DNA of 64,000 bases from assembly GCA_964016885.1 (NCBI GenBank), contig OZ024740.1, positions 99,572,001-99,636,000 of the forward strand, read 5' to 3'. This document shows positions 1 through 23,795 of the stretch, piece after piece (the first letter of the stretch is position 1; each line of letters opens with the position of its first letter). Made by a program: the position numbers and the translations under genes. A model generated the notes under the pieces. It was given only the letters and a program-made list of their open reading frames with translations, searched no databases and had not been told where the DNA came from. This DNA comes from Eledone cirrhosa (Eukaryota).

Positions 1-7620
<7,620 letters not shown>

Positions 7621-9692
7621 GAATAGTCAACAAAACCAAAACAAGAAGGAATCCTATTTGAAACGTGCACTACTTGACACCGAGATTGCACTCAAGCTTT
7701 CACATGAGAATGAGAGGGCAAGGAAAGAGAACAGGGCCATAGAAAACATTAAAACAAACCCTAAGGCCTTCTTTAAATTTGCAAAAGAAACTGCCTCAGT
7801 ACACTGCAAGATTGGACCACTCTTCCACACGGACGGTTCATTAACCGAAAATCCCCAAGAGATATGTGAAATACTGAACGAACAGTACAAAAGTGTCTTC
7901 ACATGTCCACTGAGGCACATGCAAATAACGAAGCCAGAGGAGTTCTTTGATGCCACAACACTACATCAAGAAATGGCAACCATCAACCACATAGACATAA
8001 CGGAGGAGGATGTGGTGTACGCCATTGATGAAATTAGAACAGACTCGGCTGCTGGACCTGATGGATTCCCAGCAGTTCTCCTAAAAATATGTAAGCGGGC
8101 CTTAGCAACTCCACTGAAGATGCTCTTCAGAAGCTCCTTGGCTAGCGGTGTACTACCCAGGGAGCTGAAAGAAGGCACAATATGCCCTATCCATAAAGGA
8201 GGTAGTAGAGCGGAGGCCAAGAACTATAGGCCAGTCTCCCTGACGTCGCATATCAGTAAGGTCATGGAGCGAGTCGTCAGAAAGAAACTAATCACTTTCC
8301 TCGAAGAAAATGACCGCCTGACTAGCACGCAACATGGCTTCCGCCCAGGAAGAAGCTGCCTTACACAGCTGCTACATCACTACGACTGGGTACTGAGACA
8401 GCTACTAGACAGCTCACATGTAGACGTGATATATCTTGACTTTGCGAAGGCCTTTGACAATGTCGACCACGGAATGATATGTCACAAACTACACGGACTC
8501 GGCATAACTGGAAAAGTAGGTGAGTGGCTGCATGGCTTCCTGAGGGACAGAAGCCAGGCAGTCGCAGCAAATGGGGCCCTCTCGAGGGAAACACCGATAA
8601 CAAGTGGGGTGCCTCAGGGGACAGTCCTGGGACCACTACTGTTTTTGGTGGCTCTCTCGGACATGCCCTCTGTGGTGCATGCAACAACATCCCTCACTAG
8701 CTATGCTGATGACACTAAGGTAGCACAGGCAATCAAAAACCCGGCTGACGCTGCCCTCTTACAGCAGGATCTGGATGCCATATACAGATGGGCGGAAGAA
8801 AACAACATGCAGTTTAATGCTGGCAAATTCCAAGCCCTACAATACAAACCTGCAAACACAAACACAAATATAGCGGAACACAGCTACACAGGACCAGGAG
8901 GGACCGATATCCCCGTGTCAAATCGATACGAGACCTGGGCATAGACATGAGCGATGATGCATCTTTTTCTTCACACATCATGAAGGTGGCGACAGCATGT
9001 AGACGATTCGCTGGCTGGATCTTGAGGACTTTCCTTACAAGAGATCGAGACACCATGTTGACACTGTGGAGGACTTTTGTCCTAAGCCGCCTGGACTACT
9101 GCTCCCAGCTGTGGTCACCCCATAGTGTCAAACTAACCACAGAGCTTGAGGCAATCCAGCGAAGCTACACCAAGAGGATTGCCAAGATGAGGGAGACAAG
9201 CTACTGGGAGAGGCTGAAGGAACTGAACCTCTACTCCTTGGAGCGAAGACGGGAGAGATACGCAGTGATCTACATGTGGAAAATCCTGGAGGACTAGCAC
9301 CAAACTTTGGCATTGGGAGCTGGACCAACCGTCGAACAGGACGTCACTGTGTGGTGCCAAAGGTCCCGTCTTCCACATCTAGAATAAGGAGCAGGTATTG
9401 CAATAGCCTGGGATTCAAGGGCCCTCAACTCTTCAACAGGCTGCCGAGGCATCTGCGAGACTTGCATGACGTGGAGGTGGATGTCTTTAAGAAACATCTC
9501 GACACCTTGTTATCCAGGATCCCGGATGAGCCCACAGCAAGACACGAGGGAAACCTAAGGGCAGCAGCAACAAACTCCCTCCTACACCAGTGGCCAACCT
9601 ATACAGGCTGGAGATAAAATGTGTAGCAACAAGGGCGGTGCCCCAGCATGGCCTCAGCCGGATGGCTGAAACAGGTAAAAGAGTAAAAGAGT
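7621..9692 (+). mobile_element. 5'-truncated CR1-group LINE (ORF2 RT and C-terminus, 3' UTR, GTAAAAGA tail)
   Basis: RT motifs NYRPVSLTS, QHGFRPGRSC, YLDFAKAFD, SGVPQGTVLGPLLF, YADD, then LYSLERRRER and GPQLFNRLP. Split over ORFs 7619-8944, 8947-9297 and 9276-9617 by two frameshifts. 3' UTR ends GGTGCCCCAGCATGGCC...GGCTGAAACAGGTAAAAGAGTAAAAGAG. The ATG at 7619 is created by the satellite junction. Confidence 0.9.
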
Positions 9693-11727
<2,035 letters not shown>

Positions 11728-11781
11728 TAAACAAATAATGAATAAACAATGAAACAGTTCCTTATATTAAACAAAAAAAAG

Positions 11782-11935
11782 TTCACTATTTAACGATCGT
11801 TTCTAGGATATATGTGTGTTAGAATTGGCATGCATATTCAACAGATCTATGTACAAAATTATACAAAATTATACAAACTATCAAGATTAAATATACATAC
11901 CAACACATATATATGCCGTCTTCAGAAATAATGAA
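11782..11935 (-). ncRNA. Type I hammerhead ribozyme with long stem II (PLE left arm)
   Basis: Mirror copy of 23642-23795. Confidence 0.7.
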
Positions 11936-12580
11936 ATATATTTATTGATAATAACAACAATTCAAACTTTCAGGTCCGTTTGGGAACAAAATTGACCAAT
12001 GAAAATACAAAAGGTTTAATGCAGTTCGGTGTGTGTATATACATGTAACTACCCTTACACATATTTTACAAAAATGTATGCACAACTTGTATACGCATAC
12101 AAAAAGGATGGATGCAAATACAAAATTTCAAGGTTAATGTCTCTGTAAGTTTATAATGCACAGATAAGATGCGTATAGACACATAAATATGAAATAAGTG
12201 TATACACATATTTTCATACTAACACATATCCGTACAATCACACATACACGCGCGTATATGCATAAACATACACATAAACTACGAACATAAAAACACACAC
12301 ACACCCCCACTCACATATATATATATATGTGGATATAAAATCTTAAGCACATGGATATTAATTCACTCACATAAACACTGGCACACACATTTAGATCAAG
12401 ATACAGAAATTAGGTGGGAGGGGGGGAGAGGTCAGTATTCAACTGTTTGGGCAGACTGCTTAATATAGATGTATCTATAAACTAAGAAAATAAAAAATAA
12501 TAAAAAATAATAAATAATAAATAAACATTAAAAAGGAAAGAAAAGAAAAAGAAAAAAGAAAAAAGAAATATATCAAGAAA

Positions 12581-12657
<77 letters not shown>

Positions 12658-12805
12658 CACACACACACACATATATATACATACACATATACAAACACAT
12701 ACATACATATACACACATCCACACTTAGAACATACATACACACACATATATAAACAAATACATATACACACATACATACATATACACACATACATATAAA
12801 TACAC

Positions 12806-12856
<51 letters not shown>

Positions 12857-13149
12857 CACTCATACATACACATATAATCACACATACTATATAGACACAC
12901 ATATATATACACACATACACTCACATATACATACACTTACCTACATATATACATACAGATATACACATACATACCTATATATACACACAAATATATACAG
13001 ACATATATACATACATACAGACAAATACTTACGCATCTATATATCGGTATATACATACAAACACCACTACACTCTCACACAACTCAGACATACAAAGAAA
13101 AAGGTATATACCTATACACATATACATATACAAATAGAGAAACATATAC

Positions 13150-13218
<69 letters not shown>

Positions 13219-13416
13219 CACACATACACACATACACATACATACACATACATACATGTACACACACATAGATATATATACACACATACACACATACACA
13301 CATACATATATAGTCATACACACACATACACCTACACGAACATACACATACACATATATAAAGATATATAAACACACACACACACATACACACACACACA
13401 TATATATAAAAAATAA

Positions 13417-13451
<35 letters not shown>

Positions 13452-13782
13452 CATATACATACACACATACATAGACATATATGTACATACATACACATAC
13501 ATAGATACACACACACACATACATACATATATATATATACACACACATAGACATATACATACATACACACACAACATACATACACACATATATACTCATA
13601 CATAGAATTAGATATATAATCATACATACATACGCACTTACATATACTCATATATACAAATACATACGCATCCATATATGCGTATATACATAGAAACATC
13701 ACTACACCCTCACCCAACTCAGACATACAAAGAAAAATGCATATACATATACATATATACACGCATTAATAGAGATATATAT

Positions 13783-13822
<40 letters not shown>

Positions 13823-14034
13823 ACTTATATACATATACCCACACACACATACAACCATAAATACACATACAAACACCCACATATACATATATATACACAT
13901 ATATATATATACACACACATAAAAAACAGACATGCACATATATATATTTTTTTTTACACATATATATACACATATATATACATATACACACCCTCACATA
14001 TACACACATACACATAAGTTATATTATAATAATA

Positions 14035-14079
<45 letters not shown>

Positions 14080-14358
14080 CGAATATAGACATATATACAC
14101 ACATAGATACACATATATATATATATATACACATACATATACACACACACACATATACACATTCACATATATATGTGTGTGCACACACACATATATATAC
14201 ATACACACATATAGACATAAACACATATATGTGTATACATGCACACACCCACATATATCCACATAGATACGAAGATAGACATATAAATAGAGAGACATAC
14301 ATATATATACACACACACATATACATACATACATACACACACATATATATATATATAC

Positions 14359-14404
<46 letters not shown>

Positions 14405-14460
14405 AGACATACACATACACACACATATACACATGTATATATACACATATACACATACAT

Positions 14461-14535
<75 letters not shown>

Positions 14536-15771
14536 ATCTTACATTCATATTTGCATGCGCATATATGTATTTTTATATTCAGATATAAATACCCAAACCT
14601 ATATACACCTACCTACATATATATTCATACATACACGCTTACAAACACAGATGATAATAGTATGGGGGAAAGGGGGGGGGTTTGAGAAGGGGATTATAGT
14701 AAATATATGTTTCAAGAAACATAGAATATTATCCGTATCTAGATCCAATGTATGTTTTTACATAGTTTCAGTGTTAGGAAATACAATAAACAAGAAATAA
14801 GGCAAAATTTATGCATTTCAAAATAAATAAGTATACCATTAATTATATGTTAACTAAACTAAAGATATTTAACATATTGATTTCTAAGGTGTAAATTAGT
14901 TAGGTTTATAATATTTGAAGCAGAGTTTTGAAGTTAAATAGTAGTAGAGTATTAATTATAGTATAACTAAATTAAAGTTAATAACGTTATGGTATCAATA
15001 TTAGGAAATGAATTTAGTAATAGGGAAAAAACAAATAAAGTATTACATCGGTAGTAGAATATAAATTATAGGTTAACTAAATTAAAAATTATATATTTAT
15101 TTCTATAGTATATGTTAATTAGGTATATAATAAATAAAACAGATATTGTATTTTATCAATAGCAGAATATAATTATATGCAAATAGAAATCAAAATTAAT
15201 ACATATACATATACATATACATACACATATATATATACATATATATACATATATATATACATATATACACATATACACACGCACACACATACACATACAC
15301 ATATACATATACATATTTTTTCAAAAATTGCAAAGAATATATTAACTAGGTATATATCCAAAACACATCCCATTCTATGATTACATGACATTCTGCAATT
15401 CGTCTGTATAAGGATACTAATTTTAAGCCAATTAAATTAAATTTTTAGGTTGATTAAAATTAAAACCAAATTATAAATATATTTCTAAAATGTATATTAA
15501 TTAGGTCTATAATACTAAAAATTATTTCTCTGTCATTGCATACACGATATTTTGTTATATTTTATCTGTAAAAGAATTATAATAAAAGGTTTAAATAAAT
15601 TAAAATTAATCTATAAATTAAATTACTAAGTATATATTAGTAATATTTAAAGGTTTTTCACAATTTATGATTACATAATATTTTATATTCTCATCTGTAA
15701 TAGAATTTTAATTAAATTAAATTTATAGGTTAACTAACATTTAAATTAAATTAATTTCTAAAATAATGTTA

Positions 15772-18141
15772 TTAATTAGGTTTATAATATTTAAATGTTT
15801 TTTTTAGTTTATGATTACACGATATAATTAATTCTTGTCGTTTATTTAATAGGATATCCTTAGATTTCATTATTTCAAATAGTTCTTGGGAACATAATCT
15901 ACATTCATTTCTATTATTTTGATAAGGGGTGGCTCTTTTGAGCACACTCCAGGTCAAATCATATTCTATATTCTTATTTTTATAACTATTGATTTTTTCT
16001 GCTAGAGATGTTGTATTAGCCAGTGCGGCATTTTTAAAACTATTCTTGTGGGTATTAAACCTTGTCTTAAAATTGTTAGAGGTAGCTCCTATATATGAGC
16101 AAATAGAATCTTTAGTTTTAACATTACATTTATAGACTATGTTGTTAACAAGACAATTCCCTTTTAATGGGCAGTTTGCTTTGTTTCTACAGTTACAACC
16201 TTTCGTTAATTCTGTATTTGAGGAGATATTATGGTTAATTTGATGTACTGGTGGTATACTTATGGTTTTCTTACATTTATATGCATTATAGGCACTTATA
16301 TTTTGTTTTATGTTATTTGTTGTAGAGTATGAGAATTTAACTGTAGACCTATTTAAGATTTGATGGTATTTGTGGTTTGGCGGGAAGTTTTTCTCTAGGA
16401 TATAAAAAAATTTTTTAGCAATATTATCCTTAATTTGTAAATTAAATGGAGCATTATACCAAGTAACCCGTCTATTACGGTTTCTATGTTGTTTATTATT
16501 TTTATTATTTTTATAGGTTGTATCGTGATTTTTACTAGGAGGATTAATGTTAATGATCTCACCACAACCCTTTTTAGTTATATTTGTAGATTTAGGTGTT
16601 TTATCCTTTTTATTAGGAGTTTTATTATTAATATTTATTAGAGTTGTATGATAAGTAGTTTTTTGAGAGTTACTATACTTTATATTAGAAGATTTGGTAT
16701 TTTGGGGTATAGTGTGGGTGGCATTTAGGTGTGTACTTTTCATTTGGTGTTTGTTGGTAATATTAGGTTGTATGCTTTCAGTATTTTTAGTAGAAGGTAT
16801 ATATTCTAATCTATTTTTGTGGCCACTTCTATCTAGAGCTTCGTTATAGAAGGTCGCATTTTTATCAAATACATCTTGGTTAGAAGAGAGGTTAGAAATT
16901 CTAAGTGATATATTATATGCAAGGTTTTTAAGGATAGATTTAGGGTGATTAGATTGTGAGTGTATGTAATGTAAGTTTTGGTTTGGTTTATGGTAAGGTT
17001 GGTAGATACCCGTAGCTAAATCTAAAGTTATATCTAGGAAATTTACTACTTTACTTGTTTTTTCAAAAGTAATATTAAGATTATAATAGTCTTTAAGGAA
17101 AGTTCTAATATGTTTTTTGTTTTTTTCAATTTCTGAAAGGCTAAGGTTGTTAGAAAGAAGAAGACAGTCATCACGATATAAACCACCTTTGAGGTGGGGA
17201 AAGGAGGCATTTATGTTGAAAAGGAGAAAGAGGCCCACAAGATCAGTAATTTGGGCGGAATCGCTTGAACCCATAGTAATATCAAATAGATTACTATATG
17301 TGTTTCTGGTCCAGTATTCATTCTGAAATTCAATAAGTGTTAGTCTAGCATGTGTACTAATATTAATGTCATCCAAAGTTAAGTTAGATCTATTTTTAGC
17401 AAATATCAATGCTTTGTTCAGGAGTATAGGTGATATAGAAGAATAGTAATTATCTATATCAAATTGTAGAAATGAAGCAGAAGATTTACATCTAATATTT
17501 TTAAACCAGTTAATTACCTGGGAGGTGTTTTCCCAGAGTGGTAAAATAACGTGTTTTCTTATTTGTGGGATGACTCTATCCAAAATTTTTTTGCTAATTA
17601 TTCCAATATCTGATTTGGAGGGACATATAAGTCTAATAGAAGGATTTGAGTTAAAGTTTGATTTATGATCCTTCAGGTTGAAGTGTGGTCTTTTCAATGC
17701 CAAAGGTTCAGTTCTATCTTCAATGTTTAGTTTTTTTACTATGTTGTGTGTTTTGTTGTTGATGTTGGTGAGTGACGCATTATTAGATTTTTTATAATTT
17801 TTTCTGAGTTCTTTATATATGAACTCATTATAATGTTCAATATCCATATGATACAAGTTACCAGTTTTGTCCGAGTGGACATGGATTTTTTTAGACTTTT
17901 TTAGGTCCAATAGGGTAGAATCAACGTCCTTTTGAAAGACGGATTTATACTTTTTAAATTTGAGGTGTTTAATTAAATTAAAAAGGTCTTTCTCGAAGTC
18001 TTCAAGTAAAAAGTTGTGTGGTGGATTCTTGTAAGTATTGAAATCATACATATATTTCCGATCTGCTTGTTTAGATTTTCTATCGAAGTGGTAGGCTCTC
18101 CATCTAACCCTTCTGATAAAATTATTAGTTTTTTGAATCAT
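15772..18141 (-). CDS. PLE polyprotein: reverse transcriptase + Cys-rich linker + GIY-YIG endonuclease; open frame, N-terminus cut at the inversion junction
   Basis: Motifs FIRRVRWRAYHF, SDKTGN (DKT variant of the PLE DKG motif), QFDIDNYYSSI, ITMGSSDSAQITDLVG, GLYRDD, VNFLDITL, thumb YHKPN..SNHP, CNC-x5-CPL-x3-C, NIVYKC..YIGAT..FKTRFNTH, CRLC. The track's first residues MCFWSS come from the opposite arm. Confidence 0.92.
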   Translation of the reverse strand: MIQKTNNFIRRVRWRAYHFDRKSKQADRKYMYDFNTYKNPPHNFLLEDFEKDLFNLIKHLKFKKYKSVFQKDVDSTLLDLKKSKKIHVHSDKTGNLYHMDIEHYNEFIYKELRKNYKKSNNASLTNINNKTHNIVKKLNIEDRTEPLALKRPHFNLKDHKSNFNSNPSIRLICPSKSDIGIISKKILDRVIPQIRKHVILPLWENTSQVINWFKNIRCKSSASFLQFDIDNYYSSISPILLNKALIFAKNRSNLTLDDINISTHARLTLIEFQNEYWTRNTYSNLFDITMGSSDSAQITDLVGLFLLFNINASFPHLKGGLYRDDCLLLSNNLSLSEIEKNKKHIRTFLKDYYNLNITFEKTSKVVNFLDITLDLATGIYQPYHKPNQNLHYIHSQSNHPKSILKNLAYNISLRISNLSSNQDVFDKNATFYNEALDRSGHKNRLEYIPSTKNTESIQPNITNKHQMKSTHLNATHTIPQNTKSSNIKYSNSQKTTYHTTLININNKTPNKKDKTPKSTNITKKGCGEIININPPSKNHDTTYKNNKNNKQHRNRNRRVTWYNAPFNLQIKDNIAKKFFYILEKNFPPNHKYHQILNRSTVKFSYSTTNNIKQNISAYNAYKCKKTISIPPVHQINHNISSNTELTKGCNCRNKANCPLKGNCLVNNIVYKCNVKTKDSICSYIGATSNNFKTRFNTHKNSFKNAALANTTSLAEKINSYKNKNIEYDLTWSVLKRATPYQNNRNECRLCSQELFEIMKSKDILLNKRQELIISCNHKLKKTFKYYKPN

Positions 18142-18182
18142 ACTGGACCAGAAACACATATAGTAATCTATTTGATATTACT

Positions 18183-19685
18183 ATGGGTTCAAGCGATTCC
18201 GCCCAAATTACTGATCTTGTGGGCCTCTTTCTCCTTTTCAACATAAATGCCTCCTTTCCCCACCTCAAAGGTGGTTTATATCGTGATGACTGTCTTCTTC
18301 TTTCTAACAACCTTAGCCTTTCAGAAATTGAAAAAAACAAAAAACATATTAGAACTTTCCTTAAAGACTATTATAATCTTAATATTACTTTTGAAAAAAC
18401 AAGTAAAGTAGTAAATTTCCTAGATATAACTTTAGATTTAGCTACGGGTATCTACCAACCTTACCATAAACCAAACCAAAACTTACATTACATACACTCA
18501 CAATCTAATCACCCTAAATCTATCCTTAAAAACCTTGCATATAATATATCACTTAGAATTTCTAACCTCTCTTCTAACCAAGATGTATTTGATAAAAATG
18601 CGACCTTCTATAACGAAGCTCTAGATAGAAGTGGCCACAAAAATAGATTAGAATATATACCTTCTACTAAAAATACTGAAAGCATACAACCTAATATTAC
18701 CAACAAACACCAAATGAAAAGTACACACCTAAATGCCACCCACACTATACCCCAAAATACCAAATCTTCTAATATAAAGTATAGTAACTCTCAAAAAACT
18801 ACTTATCATACAACTCTAATAAATATTAATAATAAAACTCCTAATAAAAAGGATAAAACACCTAAATCTACAAATATAACTAAAAAGGGTTGTGGTGAGA
18901 TCATTAACATTAATCCTCCTAGTAAAAATCACGATACAACCTATAAAAATAATAAAAATAATAAACAACATAGAAACCGTAATAGACGGGTTACTTGGTA
19001 TAATGCTCCATTTAATTTACAAATTAAGGATAATATTGCTAAAAAATTTTTTTATATCCTAGAGAAAAACTTCCCGCCAAACCACAAATACCATCAAATC
19101 TTAAATAGGTCTACAGTTAAATTCTCATACTCTACAACAAATAACATAAAACAAAATATAAGTGCCTATAATGCATATAAATGTAAGAAAACCATAAGTA
19201 TACCACCAGTACATCAAATTAACCATAATATCTCCTCAAATACAGAATTAACGAAAGGTTGTAACTGTAGAAACAAAGCAAACTGCCCATTAAAAGGGAA
19301 TTGTCTTGTTAACAACATAGTCTATAAATGTAATGTTAAAACTAAAGATTCTATTTGCTCATATATAGGAGCTACCTCTAACAATTTTAAGACAAGGTTT
19401 AATACCCACAAGCATAGTTTTAAAAATGCCGCACTGGCTAATACAACATCTCTAGCAGAAAAAATCAATAGTTATAAAAATAAGAATATAGAATATGATT
19501 TGACCTGGAGTGTGCTCAAAAGAGCCACCCCTTATCAAAATAATAGAAATGAATGTAGATTATGTTCCCAAGAACTATTTGAAATAATGAAATCTAAGGA
19601 TATCCTATTAAATAAACGACAAGAATTAATTATATCGTGTAATCATAAACTAAAAAAAACATTTAAATATTATAAACCTAATTAA
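18183..19685 (+). CDS. Truncated second copy of the PLE ORF (RT C-half + GIY-YIG)
   Basis: 500 aa, identical to the left copy except one N/H change (THKNSF vs THKHSF). Lacks the RT motif QFDI and the N-terminus, so non-functional alone. Confidence 0.85.
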   Translation: MGSSDSAQITDLVGLFLLFNINASFPHLKGGLYRDDCLLLSNNLSLSEIEKNKKHIRTFLKDYYNLNITFEKTSKVVNFLDITLDLATGIYQPYHKPNQNLHYIHSQSNHPKSILKNLAYNISLRISNLSSNQDVFDKNATFYNEALDRSGHKNRLEYIPSTKNTESIQPNITNKHQMKSTHLNATHTIPQNTKSSNIKYSNSQKTTYHTTLININNKTPNKKDKTPKSTNITKKGCGEIININPPSKNHDTTYKNNKNNKQHRNRNRRVTWYNAPFNLQIKDNIAKKFFYILEKNFPPNHKYHQILNRSTVKFSYSTTNNIKQNISAYNAYKCKKTISIPPVHQINHNISSNTELTKGCNCRNKANCPLKGNCLVNNIVYKCNVKTKDSICSYIGATSNNFKTRFNTHKHSFKNAALANTTSLAEKINSYKNKNIEYDLTWSVLKRATPYQNNRNECRLCSQELFEIMKSKDILLNKRQELIISCNHKLKKTFKYYKPN

Positions 19686-20921
19686 TAACATTATTTTAGA
19701 AATTAATTTAATTTAAATGTTAGTTAACCTATAAATTTAATTTAATTAAAGTTCTATTACAGATGAGAATATAAAATATTATGTAATCATAAATTGTGAA
19801 AAACCTTTAAATATTACTAATATATACTTAGTAATTTAATTTATAGATTAATTTTAATTTATTTAAACCTTTTATTATAATTCTTTTACAGATAAAATAT
19901 AACAAAATATCGTGTATCCAATGACAGAGAAATAATTTTTAGTATTATAGACCTAATTAATATACATTTTAGAAATATATTTATAATTTGGTTTTAATTT
20001 TAATCAACCTAAAAATTTAATTTAATTGGCTTAAAATTAGTATCCTTATACAGACGAATTGCAGAATGTCATGTAATCATAGAATGGGATGTGTTTTGGA
20101 TATATACCTAGTTAATATATTCTTTGCAATTTTTGAAAAAATATGTATATGTATATGTGTATGTGTATGTGTGTGCGTGTGTATATGTGTATATATGTAT
20201 ATATATATGTATATATATGTATATATATATGTGTATGTATATGTATATGTATATGTATTAATTTTGATTTCTATTTGCATATAATTATATTCTGCTATTG
20301 ATAAAATACAATATCTGTTTTATTTATTATATACCTAATTAACATATACTATAGAAATAAATATATAATTTTTAATTTAGTTAACCTATAATTTATATTC
20401 TACTACCGATGTAATACTTTATTTGTTTTTTCCCTATTACTAAATTCATTTCCTAATATTGATACCATAACGTTATTAACTTTAATTTAGTTATACTATA
20501 ATTAATACTCTACTACTATTTAACTTCAAAACTCTGCTTCAAATATTATAAACCTAACTAATTTACACCTTAGAAATCAATATGTTAACTATCTTTAGTT
20601 TAGTTAACATATAATTAATGGTATACTTATTTATTTTGAAATGCATAAATTTTGCCTTATTTCTTGTTTATTGTATTTCCTAACACTGAAACTATGTAAA
20701 AACATACATTGGATCTAGATACGGATAATATTCTATGTTTCTTGAAACATATATTTACTATAATCCCCTTCTCAAACCCCCCCCCTTTCCCCCATACTAT
20801 TATCATCTGTGTTTGTAAGCGTGTATGTATGAATATATATGTAGGTAGGTGTATATAGGTTTGGGTATTTATATCTGAATATAAAAATACATATATGCGC
20901 ATGCAAATATGAATGTAAGAT

Positions 20922-20972
<51 letters not shown>

Positions 20973-21029
20973 ATGTATGTGTATATGTGTATATATACAT
21001 GTGTATATGTGTGTGTATGTGTATGTCTG

Positions 21030-21098
<69 letters not shown>

Positions 21099-21347
21099 GT
21101 GTGTATGTATGTATGTATATGTGTGTGTGTATATATATGTATGTCTCTCTATTTATATGTCTATCTTCGTATCTATGTGGATATATGTGGGTGTGTGCAT
21201 GTATACACATATATGTGTTTATGTCTATATGTGTGTATGTATATATATGTGTGTGTGCACACACATATATATGTGAATGTGTATATGTGTGTGTGTGTAT
21301 ATGTATGTGTATATATATATATATGTGTGTATATATGTCTATATTCG

Positions 21348-21408
<61 letters not shown>

Positions 21409-21620
21409 TATTATTATAATATAACTTATGTGTATGTGTGTATATGTGAGGGTGTGTATATGTATATATATGTGTATATATATGTGTAAAAAAAAATATA
21501 TATATGTGCATGTCTGTTTTTTATGTGTGTGTATATATATATATGTGTATATATATGTATATGTGGGTGTTTGTATGTGTATTTATGGTTGTATGTGTGT
21601 GTGGGTATATGTATATAAGT

Positions 21621-21652
<32 letters not shown>

Positions 21653-21767
21653 GTGCATGTCTGTTTTTTATGTGTGTGTATATATATATATGTGTATATA
21701 TATGTATATGTGGGTGTTTGTATGTGTATTTATGGTTGTATGTGTGTGTGGGTATATGTATATAAGT

Positions 21768-21807
<40 letters not shown>

Positions 21808-22371
21808 ATATATATCTCTATTAATGCGTGTATATATGTATATGTATATGCATTTTTCTTTGTATGTCTGAGTTGGGTGAGGGTGTAGTGATGTTTCTAT
21901 GTATATACGCATATATGGATGCGTATGTATTTGTATATATGAGTATATGTAAGTGCGTATGTATGTATGATTATATATCTAATTCTATGTATGAGTATAT
22001 ATGTGTGTATGTATGTTGTGTGTGTATGTATGTATATGTCTATGTGTGTGTATATATATATATGTATGTATGTGTGTGTGTGTATCTATGTATGTGTATG
22101 TATGTACATATATGTCTATGTATGTGTGTATGTATATGTATGTATATATATATATATATATATCTTTATTTTTTATATATATGTGTGTGTGTGTATGTGT
22201 GTGTGTGTGTTTATATATCTTTATATATGTGTATGTGTATGTTCGTGTAGGTGTATGTGTGTGTATGACTATATATGTATGTGTGTATGTGTGTATGTGT
22301 GTATATATCTATGTGTGTGTACATGTATGTATGTGTATGTATGTGTATGTGTGTATGTGTGTATATGTATA

Positions 22372-22440
<69 letters not shown>

Positions 22441-22727
22441 GTTTCTCTATTTGTATATGTATATGTGTATAGGTATATACCTTTTTCTTTGTATGTCTGA
22501 GTTGTGTGAGAGTGTAGTGGTGTTTGTATGTATATACCGATATATAGATGCGTAAGTATTTGTCTGTATGTATGTATATATGTCTGTATATATTTGTGTG
22601 TATATATAGGTATGTATGTGTATATCTGTATGTATATATGTAGGTAAGTGTATGTATATGTGAGTGTATGTGTGTATATATATGTGTGTCTATATAGTAT
22701 GTGTGATTATATGTGTATGTATGAGTG

Positions 22728-22782
<55 letters not shown>

Positions 22783-22930
22783 GTGTATTTATATGTATGT
22801 GTGTATATGTATGTATGTGTGTATATGTATATGTTTATATATGTGTGTGTATGTATGTTCTAAGTGTGGATGTGTGTATATGTATGTATGTGTTTGTATA
22901 TGTGTATGTATATATATGTGTGTGTGTGTG

Positions 22931-22993
<63 letters not shown>

Positions 22994-23641
22994 TTTCTTG
23001 ATATATTTCTTTTTTCTTTTTTCTTTTTCTTTTCTTTCCTTTTTAATGTTTATTTATTATTTATTATTTTTTATTATTTTTTATTTTCTTAGTTTATAGA
23101 TACATCTATATTAAGCAGTCTGCCCAAACAGTTGAATACTGACCTCTCCCCCCCCCCTCCCACCTAATTTCTGTATCTTGATCTAAATGTGTGTGCCAGT
23201 GTTTATGTGAGTGAATTAATATCCATGTGCTTAAGATTTTATATCCACACATATATATATATGTGAGTGGGGGTGTGTGTGTGTTTGTATGTTCGTAGTT
23301 TATGTGTATGTTTATGCATATACGCGCGTGTATGTGTGATTGTACGGATATGTGTTAGTATGAAAATATGTGTATACACTTATTTCATATTTATGTGTCT
23401 ATACGCATCTTATCTGTGCATTATAAACTTACAGAGACATTAACCTTGAAATTTTGTATTTGCATCCATCCTTTTTGTATGCGTATACAAGTTGTGCATA
23501 CATTTTTGTAAAATATGTGTAAGGGTAGTTACATGTATATACACACACCGAACTGCATTAAACCTTTTGTATTTTCATTGGTCAATTTTGTTCCCAAACG
23601 GACCTGAAAGTTTGAATTGTTGTTATTATCAATAAATATAT

Positions 23642-23795
23642 TTCATTATTTCTGAAGACGGCATATATATGTGTTGGTATGTATATTTAATCTTGATAGT
23701 TTGTATAATTTTGTATAATTTTGTACATAGATCTGTTGAATATGCATGCCAATTCTAACACATATATATCCTAGAAACGATCGTTAAATAGTGAA
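23642..23795 (+). ncRNA. Type I hammerhead ribozyme with 115-nt stem II (PLE right arm)
   Basis: Stem I TTCATTATTT/AAATAGTGAA; CTGAAGA at 23652; stem II ATATATATGTGTTGG/CTAACACATATATAT; GAAA at 23774; palindromic stem III ACGATCGT; cleavage triplet GUU after 23785. The base of stem II is imperfect. Confidence 0.72.

Larger units (their letters stand above)
11719..18141 (-). mobile_element. Penelope-like element (Naiad-like), left copy, slightly 5'-truncated
   Basis: Contains the RT+GIY-YIG ORF, a ~4-kb microsatellite-rich 3' region and an HHR. 11719-17317 is the reverse complement of 18140-23857. Confidence 0.93.

Noticed and set aside
18142-18159. MCFWSS N-terminus of the 795-aa ORF
   Set aside because: Derived from the antisense of the right arm across the inversion junction; not the native start.
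19686-19900. SECIS / selenoprotein Naiad
   Set aside because: No in-frame UGA in either ORF copy and no convincing SECIS stem seen.
23677-23730. GTATGT...TAG mini-intron inside HHR stem II
   Set aside because: Removing it does not restore a canonical stem II, the donor differs in the 37-kb copy context, and there is no transcript evidence.
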